Positions 10,844 through 19,394 of a stretch of 64,000 nt of DNA are shown piece after piece (positions within the stretch are counted from its first letter, which is position 1; each line of letters starts with the position of its first letter). Both the position numbers and the translations under genes were made by a program. Under the pieces are notes generated by a model. That model saw only the letters and a list, made by a program, of their open reading frames with translations, ran no database searches and was not told the DNA's origin. The stretch lies in the sequence record DRR378314_2472; one strand, 5' to 3'.

Positions 10844-12502
10844 TCAGGTGAGTTGCCATTCCATCATCAGGATTTCGGCCAGTCGCTCGGTGCGCTTGCG
10901 CACGACTTCTGACGTCCAGGCGTCTTGATCGACGAGGTCACGCGTCAAGGCGAAGTCCTGGCCGCCGCCACCATTGAAGTAGACATCCTTTTTTGCGCGG
11001 TAGTCCATCCGATCGGCTTTCTGGTTCACCTTGTTGGTGAGCAGCACGAAATTGCCCAGCGTGTCGCATTGTTCGCGTCGTTTTGCGGGGTCGGGCCAGA
11101 CAATCATCCAATGGCTATCCTCGCTGATATTGCGGGGCAGCACATGCTCGACAGTCGCATCCGATTGGGGCGCAATGGTGAAGCCACCATCCAGCGCCGC
11201 ATTCAGGCGCAGCGCCATGGAGCGTCGTTGGCCGAACGTTGCAAACCGCCCCAGCATCCGGTCGAAGGCCCGACGGCTTTCATCCTTGGAGATGTTGAAG
11301 GGGCTGCCACGCCCATTCAGGGCGCGCTTGTTGCCAATGTTCTCATTGACCTTGTTGAAGCGTTTCGTGCGCTGGTCGCGATCCGTCAATACGAGCATCA
11401 CGATGTAGGACAGACGTTCGAGCTTGGTGAAAAATTCGGGGGCGTCTTCATGGTCAACGCCTTGCTCAACCAGAAATTTCAGTGCCGGCGCACGCCAACT
11501 GGTCTGATCAAGCGCGCGCATCTGGTTGAGCTTGTCACTGATCAGTTGCGCGTGGGGGCCCTCTTTCACGCGGGCCGTCGTGATGATCTTGTAGGCTTCA
11601 ACATAGCGCGGCAGCAATTCGTCCAGAAAGCCGCGAGCAGTCACTTTGGGGATCACGTTCTTGAGGAAGCCGGTGATCAGTTCGCCCTTGGAGGATTTGT
11701 CGTAGATGGAGCGGATCTGGCGCAGCAAGTCATCGAAGGCGCTTCCACCCAGAACCGCCTCATGTTCGGCCCATTGTTCGGAATAGGTGGCGGCTTCCTT
11801 GGTGGTGAATTTTGACCGTTGGAACAATTCGGTCTTGATGATGTCATGTGCGCCAGGTTCTTTTCCCCGCGTATTCAACACACGGAACACTTTGAAACCC
11901 TGATCCTTGTCGTTGACGACCACACGTACGAGCGCGCAGCGGTTGATTGTGATGTCCGCCAGGGCGCGCCGGTCTTCGTCGGAAAGCTCGCGGACGCGTT
12001 TCAGCAGGGTGCGGGCGTTCTGTACCATGCGGCGCTGACTGTCGCTCTCACCGGACTCGCCATCCAGCGAAAGAGTTGCGCCGGGCGTTTGAATCATGTG
12101 CCGGAAAAACGGCCCGTCCATATGGTTGAGCTCCAGCCTCCAGCTTGCGGCTTCACCCAGCATAGGGCGGGCCTCATCCGCAATCAGAGCGTGAATTTCC
12201 TTGCTTTTCGCGGCGTCCGATTCGGTATCGCGCAGGACAGCGAGGAGAATGGTCAGGGTCGTCAGACGCTGTTGCCCGTCGACAATTTCCAACAGGCCTT
12301 CTTCGGTGCCTCGATTCAGTACGACCGCGCCGATGAAGTGTGGCGTGCCGGTCTCCGCAGCATCGAGCAGGTCCGTCAGCAATTCGCCTGCTTCGCGTTC
12401 GCCCCAGGAATAACTTCGCTGATAGGGCGGCATGCACAGCCGCTCGCTAGGGGCAAAAATGTTCTTGAGTGAGCTCTCTTGAGCACGTACGCCGAGATCC
12501 AT
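10844..12502 (-). CDS. DUF262 + DUF1524 (HNH) protein, GmrSD/SspE-like nuclease
   Basis: N-terminal PPYQRSYSW, IVDGQQRLTTL and FRVLNTRG; C-terminal VEHVLP...LGNFVLL...VN. Start placed at ATG 12502 (RBS AGAGG) rather than the ORF-track start 12634. Confidence 0.88.
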   Translation of the reverse strand: MDLGVRAQESSLKNIFAPSERLCMPPYQRSYSWGEREAGELLTDLLDAAETGTPHFIGAVVLNRGTEEGLLEIVDGQQRLTTLTILLAVLRDTESDAAKSKEIHALIADEARPMLGEAASWRLELNHMDGPFFRHMIQTPGATLSLDGESGESDSQRRMVQNARTLLKRVRELSDEDRRALADITINRCALVRVVVNDKDQGFKVFRVLNTRGKEPGAHDIIKTELFQRSKFTTKEAATYSEQWAEHEAVLGGSAFDDLLRQIRSIYDKSSKGELITGFLKNVIPKVTARGFLDELLPRYVEAYKIITTARVKEGPHAQLISDKLNQMRALDQTSWRAPALKFLVEQGVDHEDAPEFFTKLERLSYIVMLVLTDRDQRTKRFNKVNENIGNKRALNGRGSPFNISKDESRRAFDRMLGRFATFGQRRSMALRLNAALDGGFTIAPQSDATVEHVLPRNISEDSHWMIVWPDPAKRREQCDTLGNFVLLTNKVNQKADRMDYRAKKDVYFNGGGGQDFALTRDLVDQDAWTSEVVRKRTERLAEILMMEWQLT

Positions 12503-12614
12503 GTTGGCATCCTCTATACAAGACTTGTGAGTAGCCCTTGCCAACAATGACCACAACGTCACATGAACCGTTTGCAAGGCGTTTCGGGAAAAAGTGTGAC
12601 AGGAGAGTAACGCA

Positions 12615-13451
12615 ATGAGGTTGGTTCGGTTCACAGGAAAAGATGGCGATCGCTACGGAATTCTTCGGGGCGAAAGCATCCGGCCAATCCCTGCAGAGAC
12701 GCTGGAAGACGCGCTGCAAACGACCGGGTCAGAAGCCCCTGCGATTGCGCTTGCGAATGTAGATTTGCTTGCCCCTGTTGAGCGCCCGAGAAAAATTCTG
12801 GGGATTGGTGTGAACTACGCCGCTCATGCCGCCGAGAGCGTCAGTTTCGTGGATACGAAAGCGCCTCAGGTCCAGAAATGGTTCAACAAGCAGGCCACAT
12901 CCGCCAATGCGCCCTTTGGCAAAGTGCATCTACCAAAGGTTTCGGCACAGCTGGACTATGAAGTCGAGCTCGTCGTGGTTATTGGCAAGCACGGTCGCCA
13001 TGTGCCGCGCGAGCGGGCGATGGAGATTGTTGGCGGGTTTTGCGTCGGCTGCGATTACTCGGTCCGCGATTGGCAGAAGGCGAGCCAGACCATGATCATG
13101 GGCAAGGGGTTTGACACGCATGCGCCGTTCGGCCCGGCCATCGTGACACCTGACGAGATTGAGGATGTCTCGTCGCTCCAGCTTCGATCCTACATAAATG
13201 GGGAGCTGCGCCAGAGCGGGTATGTGCGGGACATGATTCACGACATTCCAGCTCAGATCGCGCATCTGACGGCCGCGTTCACGCTGGAGCCAGGTGATCT
13301 CATTTTCACCGGGACGCCTGCGGGTGTGGGGGCGGGACATACTCCGCCAAAATGGTTGAAGGCTGGCGACACGGTTCGGCTCGAGATCGATCAGGTTGGC
13401 GTGATCGAAAACCAGATTATTGCTGAACCTGAAACGGCAAGAATCGGATAA
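12615..13451 (+). CDS. Fumarylacetoacetate hydrolase family protein
   Basis: KILGIGVNYAAH, LDYEVEL, GKGFDT and GDLIFTGTPAGVG. Confidence 0.93.
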   Translation: MRLVRFTGKDGDRYGILRGESIRPIPAETLEDALQTTGSEAPAIALANVDLLAPVERPRKILGIGVNYAAHAAESVSFVDTKAPQVQKWFNKQATSANAPFGKVHLPKVSAQLDYEVELVVVIGKHGRHVPRERAMEIVGGFCVGCDYSVRDWQKASQTMIMGKGFDTHAPFGPAIVTPDEIEDVSSLQLRSYINGELRQSGYVRDMIHDIPAQIAHLTAAFTLEPGDLIFTGTPAGVGAGHTPPKWLKAGDTVRLEIDQVGVIENQIIAEPETARIG

Positions 13452-13462
13452 GCCTCGCTGCG

Positions 13463-14185
13463 ATGATTGTTCGGAGCTTGCTCGCTTTTGCCGCCCTCGT
13501 GAGCGCGGTAGCCTGTGGATCGGCGAATGACGCGCCGGTCGCGCCTCCGCCCGAACTTGCAATCCGTTCAACTGACTTCGCGCTTCTGCCTTGTTCCGAG
13601 CGCTTGCTGCCAGGCAAATGCGTGATCGTATTGGCGGGCGGAAAGCGTGTGATGTTCGGTGCGCCTGCAGGCGTGACTCTGGATCAGTCGAGCGCAGACC
13701 TTCGAAACCTCGATGCAGTAATGCTGCTGTCGCTGCGTGGTGAAGATGTCGAGGGGCTGGATGAGTTGAGGAATGCCGCTTGGCGCGCGGGGCGTGAAAG
13801 CTCGCTACCGGTGGCCGGGCCTTCGGGCACAGGTGAATTCGCGGGCATTCTGAACAGGGCTTATGAAGTATCCGATGCGCTGATCTTTGTGGAAGAGAGA
13901 CCGGCTGGGGGCTTTGATGCGGCTCTGCTTGCCGTATTGCCCGGTGAAGGTGAGGCTGAAGCGACAGTTTTCGACACAGGCGATTTGCGCGTGCGGAAAT
14001 TCGAAACGGGCACAGACCGCGCGACATATATTGTCGATTATGCAGGTCACAATCTGATCCTGTCGTCATGCGGCGGGACGCCATTGCAGGAATTATCGGG
14101 CGGAGAGTTTCGTGTGCTTGATTGCGAATCGGAGTGGCCATTGGGGGCGCCGGAATTCGTATTTCGTGACGGCTCGTCTGATTGA
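13463..14185 (+). CDS. Hypothetical lipoprotein, possibly a degenerate metallo-beta-lactamase/RNase Z-like fold
   Basis: Lipobox AVAC; LDAVMLLSLRGEDVEGL...LPVAGPSG resembles RNase Z-like segments but lacks the HxHxDH histidines. Confidence 0.6.
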   Translation: MIVRSLLAFAALVSAVACGSANDAPVAPPPELAIRSTDFALLPCSERLLPGKCVIVLAGGKRVMFGAPAGVTLDQSSADLRNLDAVMLLSLRGEDVEGLDELRNAAWRAGRESSLPVAGPSGTGEFAGILNRAYEVSDALIFVEERPAGGFDAALLAVLPGEGEAEATVFDTGDLRVRKFETGTDRATYIVDYAGHNLILSSCGGTPLQELSGGEFRVLDCESEWPLGAPEFVFRDGSSD

Positions 14186-14469
14186 CCTCAGCATTCGCTG
14201 TTATTCCACAGCCTCCCCCAATGTCGCCGATCAGCTGTCATGGAGGCGATTATGCCGAATTGTCAGATGTCGCGCATAACGCGCTGACACTATTCACCTT
14301 GTCCGGGAACGCGACGCCTGCCATGCTTTGAACCACTGGGATTGTGGCATGAGTCTAAACAAGCTGTGACAAGAAGGTCGCGCTTGGCAAATTCTTTCAA
14401 TTCCTCGCAATTCGTTAACCAATTGGGCCTAGCTGTTAACATTCATGGGTTGTATCGGGTGCTGACGTA

Positions 14470-15699
14470 ATGACTTTTGTTCTGTTCCTTCTCTACGCGG
14501 CAATCGGCGGGGGCGTCGGTTACGGCGTGTTCACGCTGACGGATGTCGGCATGCCCCTGTCCATCGCGGCGGGCGGTATCGCGACAGCGTTGCTCGGACA
14601 AATCCATATCCTGATCAAGTCTGACCGCTCCACCAAGGAGATCGACGAGCGCATCGACCGTGTCGAGCGCACGGTCCGTGATTCTGTTGAGCGTGTTGAT
14701 GTTGTTGAGGCGCGCACCGAGGCCGTTGAGGCGACGATCAAGCATGAGCTCACCGAACGCCGTGATGCGTTGGTTACCGAAATGAAGCAGCTTGAAAGCC
14801 TCATCGACCGCCTGTCCAAGAGTTTCGAAAACAAGCTGGCCGAGACCAGCGAGAATGCAATTGTGGCACCGGAAGAAGACGCCATTCTGCGCGATGTGCG
14901 CGACGCGCTGAAAGACGGTCGCGTCGATCTGCACTTGCAGCCGATTGTCTCGCTGCCACAGCGCCGCGTATCGTTTTATGAGGGGTTCACCCGTCTGCGC
15001 CGTCCGAACGGTTCGCTGGTCCTACCGGCCGAGTTCCTAGATGCCGCACGCCGGGCGAAGCTGATGGGGATCATCGACAACTTTACCTTGTTTCGGTGTG
15101 TCCAGATCGTGCGTCGCCTTGCGGAGCGGGATCGCCGCGTCGGCGTATTCTGCAACATCTCTGCATCCTCTTTGGAAGATTCGACATTCTTCCCATTGTT
15201 CCTTGAATTCATGACGGAAAATCGTGATCTCTCAGGCGCGGTTATTTTCGAGATCACGGCTGACCGTTTCGAGACGCGCTCTCGCACGATGCGGGACAAT
15301 ATGGACAAGCTGACGGCGCTTGGCTTCCGCTTCTCGATTGATCATGCAGACAGCCTTGCACTGGACCTGCCGCGTCTTCAGTCAGCCGGTATTCGCTTTG
15401 TGAAGATGAATGGCACGCTGCTGATGGACCAGTTGCGCGATCCTGCTGGCCCGCGTCCCGTGTCGTCGATCAATCGCCGTGTGGACGGCGAAGAAGTCAG
15501 CGCTGTGTTCTCTCGCTATGGCGTTACCGTCGTAGCCGAGAAGATCGAAGACGAGGCCAGCGTGATCGAAATTCTGGAATACGATATTCCTTACGGTCAG
15601 GGCCATGTGTTTGGAGCGCCGCGTCCGATCAAGTCTTCGCTGATGGAAGAAACGGCCCCGCCACAGGAATTGGTCCAGCGCTTGTCCAATTTCGGCTGA
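14470..15699 (+). CDS. tipF: Membrane-anchored degenerate EAL protein, TipF-like flagellar assembly c-di-GMP receptor
   Basis: Two N-terminal TM helices, a coiled coil, then an EAL domain (LQPIV, EGF in place of EAL, VVAEKIE, YGQGHVFGAP). Context next to HAD-MaoC-ribF-ileS matches Caulobacter tipF as I recall it. Confidence 0.7.
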   Translation: MTFVLFLLYAAIGGGVGYGVFTLTDVGMPLSIAAGGIATALLGQIHILIKSDRSTKEIDERIDRVERTVRDSVERVDVVEARTEAVEATIKHELTERRDALVTEMKQLESLIDRLSKSFENKLAETSENAIVAPEEDAILRDVRDALKDGRVDLHLQPIVSLPQRRVSFYEGFTRLRRPNGSLVLPAEFLDAARRAKLMGIIDNFTLFRCVQIVRRLAERDRRVGVFCNISASSLEDSTFFPLFLEFMTENRDLSGAVIFEITADRFETRSRTMRDNMDKLTALGFRFSIDHADSLALDLPRLQSAGIRFVKMNGTLLMDQLRDPAGPRPVSSINRRVDGEEVSAVFSRYGVTVVAEKIEDEASVIEILEYDIPYGQGHVFGAPRPIKSSLMEETAPPQELVQRLSNFG

Positions 15700-15762
15700 T
15701 CCCGACCACCTTCAATTTGCCTCATTGATGCAGTCCGATGCCTCCAATTGGTGGAGGACGGT

Positions 15763-16260
15763 ATGAGATTTGTCGCGTTTTGTATTCCGGTAGTCGCCCT
15801 TTGTCGCGCAGCGGCGGCCGAGCCTCAAATGGTTCAGCGCATCACGGTGGAATTGCCGGGGCCAGCTGAGTTCGAGGCGCCGGACGCGTTGCAAGCCATG
15901 ACAGAAGGTGTCGTCTTTCTGGACCTCCGCATTTCGCCGGAACTGGAACCCAACCTGCTGAACTCAGATGGCAGTGCAGCTAGCCTGGAAGGGTGCAAAT
16001 TTGGCGGCGTTGAAGCTGATACGGTCATGATCGGAACGGGGTCCAATCACATGATCCTGGAAGTGCTGATGGGCGACCCCGAAACCCATGCCGCAAACTT
16101 GCTGTCCTGCAACTACGCGCCAGAGCTGATTTCTGAAGACGGTTTCGGTCACATGACGCGTGTCAAAGGATGCTTTCTTGCGCATTCCATTTCCATTCCA
16201 ACGGCCGTTCACTGGCGTCTCCATCCATTGCCTGCGTCAGCCTGCGGATTTGGCGATTGA
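15763..16260 (+). CDS. Hypothetical secreted protein
   Basis: RBS GGAGG before ATG 15763; signal peptide ending AAAA; four Cys in the mature part. Confidence 0.7.
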   Translation: MRFVAFCIPVVALCRAAAAEPQMVQRITVELPGPAEFEAPDALQAMTEGVVFLDLRISPELEPNLLNSDGSAASLEGCKFGGVEADTVMIGTGSNHMILEVLMGDPETHAANLLSCNYAPELISEDGFGHMTRVKGCFLAHSISIPTAVHWRLHPLPASACGFGD

Positions 16261-16292
16261 CCGCCTCACTGGCCGGGCATAGGTCCATATGT

Positions 16293-17144
16293 ATGACAGA
16301 TTTGAAATTTCCGGGCGGCTTGTCCGACATCGCGGACAAGTATGATGCCGTTCTGTGCGACGTCTGGGGGGTCATTCACAATGGCCGCGCCAAATTCGAC
16401 GAGGCTTGCGACGCGCTGGTGACCTATCGGTCCAAGGGCGGAAAGGTTTGCCTGATTACGAACGCACCTGTCCCGAAACAGCAGGTCATTGATTATTTCG
16501 AGCCACTGGACGTTCCAGCGGATGCCTACGACGATTGCGTGTCTTCAGGCGATGCGACCCGTGCGGAATTGAGCAAGCGCACAGACAAGGTGTTCTGGGC
16601 GATGGGGGCGAATGCCCGCTGGGAACGCGACCCATACCTGTATCAGGGACTGGACCTGAAATTCGGCGAGCCGGACGAATCGGACGTGCTGCTCTGTATC
16701 GGTTTGCGCGATTCACTGAATGACCACCCCAGCGATTATACGGACACGCTGAGACAGGGGATTGATCGCAACATTCCCATGATTTGCGCCAATCCAGACA
16801 AGCAAGTGAGAATCGGTGGACGCCTGCATTGGTGCGCCGGCGCGCTGGCGGAAATCTATGAGGATCTTGGCGGCAATGTTATCTATCCGGGCAAGCCTCA
16901 CACGGCGATATATGATCTGGCGGTTGAGCGGCTTGGCGATGCCGCAGCGAACAAATCCCGCGTGCTGTGTATAGGCGACAGCCCAACGACGGACATGCGC
17001 GGTGCGCGGCTTCAAGGCTTTCACGGCCTCTATGTTGGCACCGGCCTGAAGGAGCATGGCGACAATTTTGAAGCGGAGGTCGCAGACCTTCTGGCCGATT
17101 ATGGCGAGCAGGCGACCTATGCGATGACTGGCCTCAGATGGTGA
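16293..17144 (+). CDS. HAD-superfamily class IIA hydrolase (TIGR01459-like)
   Basis: CDVWGVIHNG, LITNAP, CANPD, GKPH and IGDSPTTD. Confidence 0.9.
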   Translation: MTDLKFPGGLSDIADKYDAVLCDVWGVIHNGRAKFDEACDALVTYRSKGGKVCLITNAPVPKQQVIDYFEPLDVPADAYDDCVSSGDATRAELSKRTDKVFWAMGANARWERDPYLYQGLDLKFGEPDESDVLLCIGLRDSLNDHPSDYTDTLRQGIDRNIPMICANPDKQVRIGGRLHWCAGALAEIYEDLGGNVIYPGKPHTAIYDLAVERLGDAAANKSRVLCIGDSPTTDMRGARLQGFHGLYVGTGLKEHGDNFEAEVADLLADYGEQATYAMTGLRW

Positions 17145-17202
17145 CGTGTTGCGCTGCAGCGTGTAACCAAACTGCCGAAAAGCAATCAGGAGCCCAAACG
17201 GG

Positions 17203-17634
17203 ATGAGTGAGTTCACCGGTTACAAGTACGAAGATCTCGATGTCGGCATGTCTCATGAGACGGTGCACGTGATCACCGAAAACGATATCCAGCGCTTTGC
17301 CGAAGTGTCTGGCGACTTCAACCCTCTGCACATGTCAGACGAGTTCGCCGCGAAAACGGTGTTCGGCAAGCGCATCGCGCATGGTGCGCTGACAGCGAGC
17401 TACATCTCCGGCATTCTGGGCAATAATCTGCCAGGACCAGGCGCGATCTTTGTAGGGCTCTCCATGCGGTTCAAGCGCCCGGTTCACATTGGTGACGAGG
17501 TGACGGTGCGGGCAGAAGTGGCCGATAAGAAAGATCGCGGCAACCGCGTGACGCTGAAGGTCTCCTGCATTGTCGATGGCAAGCGCGTGATCACAGGTGA
17601 AGCGGAAGTGGTTGCCCCGCGTCGGGAGGATTGA
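17203..17634 (+). CDS. MaoC family (R)-specific enoyl-CoA hydratase
   Basis: FAEVSGDFNPLH, RIAHG and LPGPGAI. Confidence 0.92.
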   Translation: MSEFTGYKYEDLDVGMSHETVHVITENDIQRFAEVSGDFNPLHMSDEFAAKTVFGKRIAHGALTASYISGILGNNLPGPGAIFVGLSMRFKRPVHIGDEVTVRAEVADKKDRGNRVTLKVSCIVDGKRVITGEAEVVAPRRED

Positions 17635-18557
17635 TGGGCGTTTTCGCCGACTATCGAGGCCTGCCGGAACGGGCGCGTGGTGCATCGATTGCCCTTGGCA
17701 ATTTCGATGGGCTGCATGCGGGCCACAAGGCTGTGATGGCGGCGGCAAGAGAGGCGGGAGCCGGCAATTTCTCTGTGGCCACGTTCGAGCCGCCCCCGCA
17801 CGCCTATTTTCGCCCGCAAGACCCACCTTTCCGCATTTTCCGCCCGGAGCGCCGCAATGCTGCGATCTTGGCTGAAGGTGCAGACTCTGTGTTTGAACTG
17901 CCTTTCAATGGCGAAATGGCGTCCAAGACCGATGAGGAGTTCGTGCGCGAAGTTCTGGTCGATGGCCTTGGCGTCAGCCATGTGTCTGTCGGCTTTGATT
18001 ACCGCTTTGGCCGGGGACGTATGGGCCATGCGCAGCGCCTGGCCAGTCTTGGGCGCGCACTTGGTTTTGGCGTGACCATTGTCGATGAAGTCCAGAACGA
18101 AGATGAGAAAGCCTCTTCAACAGCGATCCGTCAGGCATTGCGTGCGGGTGAGCCTGAACTGGCGGCGCAGATTCTGGGACAGGTATGGGTTGCTGATGGC
18201 CCGGTTATCAAGGGCGAGCAGAATGGCCGGAAGTTCGGCTACCCGACCGCCAATACGAGCCTTGGCGAGCTGATCCATCCCAAGTACGGCGTGTACGCGG
18301 TGCGGGTTCGCATCGATCGGGCGGGTGAATGGTTGCCAGGTGTCGCCAATTTTGGACGCACGCCAACCACGGGTCTGCGCGATCCGCTGCTGGAGGCGCA
18401 CATCTTCGACTTTGATGGCGATATTTACGGTCGGTGGATGGAGGTTCAGATAATCTCTTACATGCGGCCAGAGCTGCATTTTGAGAGCTTGGATGCCATG
18501 GTGGTGCAGATGGGCAAGGACGTTATAGAAGCAAAGCAACGTCTGGCGGCAGCCTAA
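17634..18557 (+). CDS. ribF: Bifunctional riboflavin kinase / FAD synthetase
   Basis: LGNFDGLHAGH, SSTAIR, GYPTAN and LEAHIFDF. Confidence 0.96.
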   Translation: MGVFADYRGLPERARGASIALGNFDGLHAGHKAVMAAAREAGAGNFSVATFEPPPHAYFRPQDPPFRIFRPERRNAAILAEGADSVFELPFNGEMASKTDEEFVREVLVDGLGVSHVSVGFDYRFGRGRMGHAQRLASLGRALGFGVTIVDEVQNEDEKASSTAIRQALRAGEPELAAQILGQVWVADGPVIKGEQNGRKFGYPTANTSLGELIHPKYGVYAVRVRIDRAGEWLPGVANFGRTPTTGLRDPLLEAHIFDFDGDIYGRWMEVQIISYMRPELHFESLDAMVVQMGKDVIEAKQRLAAA

Positions 18558-18631
18558 TTCTACTTGGAGTGTTGCCCAGTCGCCGCCACAATCACTTTCT
18601 AGAAACTGAAGCACTGGTTTGAGGGACGACC

Positions 18632-19198
18632 ATGTTGAAGTGTTTGATCGCCGCGGGGATTGGCCTTGCGGCTGTACCAATAGCGAGCGCGGATCCGGGG
18701 ACGATGGATCCGCCTGTGCCAGAAGCCGGGACTATCGATCCGGCCTTGCTGGAGCCAATCCAGATCATCAAGACGGTGACGATGGACGATCTGCGTCTGA
18801 TGCTGGATGAGGTCGGCGCGACCTTTATCGCGGCGGGGCGCACAGGCGATGGCGCACCTTTCGTGTTCGGCGAGTTCGAGGACGGTTTGACCTTCGGGGC
18901 TTATGCCGTCTGCGCGCAGCCGGATGGCAGTGATTGCCGCGGACTGGAGTTCATGGCGGTCTACGGCTCAACGGTGAGCGAGCAGGTGATTGCGGGAATA
19001 GACCGCGATTATCCCGCAATCTCCCTCTACAAATCCGACGCGCAGAAGGTGCGTGTGTCGCGCTATGTCATCCTCGACCACGGCATCGCCTGGGACAACA
19101 TGATCGAGAACATGAACGTGTTCCGTACGCTTTGTGGCAAGGTGTCAGAACGCCTGGCCAATCTGGCGGAAACGCAAACCACCGCTGAATGGCAATAG
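18632..19198 (+). CDS. Secreted YbjN-like domain protein
   Basis: Signal peptide; YbjN-like pattern (C...C.GLEF, RYVILDHGI); RBS GAGGG. Confidence 0.65.
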   Translation: MLKCLIAAGIGLAAVPIASADPGTMDPPVPEAGTIDPALLEPIQIIKTVTMDDLRLMLDEVGATFIAAGRTGDGAPFVFGEFEDGLTFGAYAVCAQPDGSDCRGLEFMAVYGSTVSEQVIAGIDRDYPAISLYKSDAQKVRVSRYVILDHGIAWDNMIENMNVFRTLCGKVSERLANLAETQTTAEWQ

Positions 19199-19232
19199 TG
19201 ACTCGTTAAGACGAGCCTGCTACGGAAATCGC

Positions 19233-19280
19233 ATGGCACGGATAGACTGCATTCGAATTAGCCGCCCGGCTGCGCGCTGA
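19233..19280 (+). promoter_or_regulatory. Putative ileS leader peptide MARIDCIRISRPAAR
   Basis: 15-codon uORF with three Ile codons (ATA, ATT, ATT), overlapping a GC hairpin at 19265-19309. Confidence 0.45.
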
Positions 19281-19394
19281 CCCGGAACGAACGGGGCCGC
19301 GAAGCCGGGAGCCCATGCTCTGAACGCATGAAAAAAAGCCGTGGCCATTGCCCGGCATTTCCGTAAAACACGCCAAAACTGCCATAGGCCCGAC

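Noticed and set aside
14201..14210. TTATTCCACA resembling a DnaA box
   Set aside because: Single imperfect match with no cluster of boxes or origin context.
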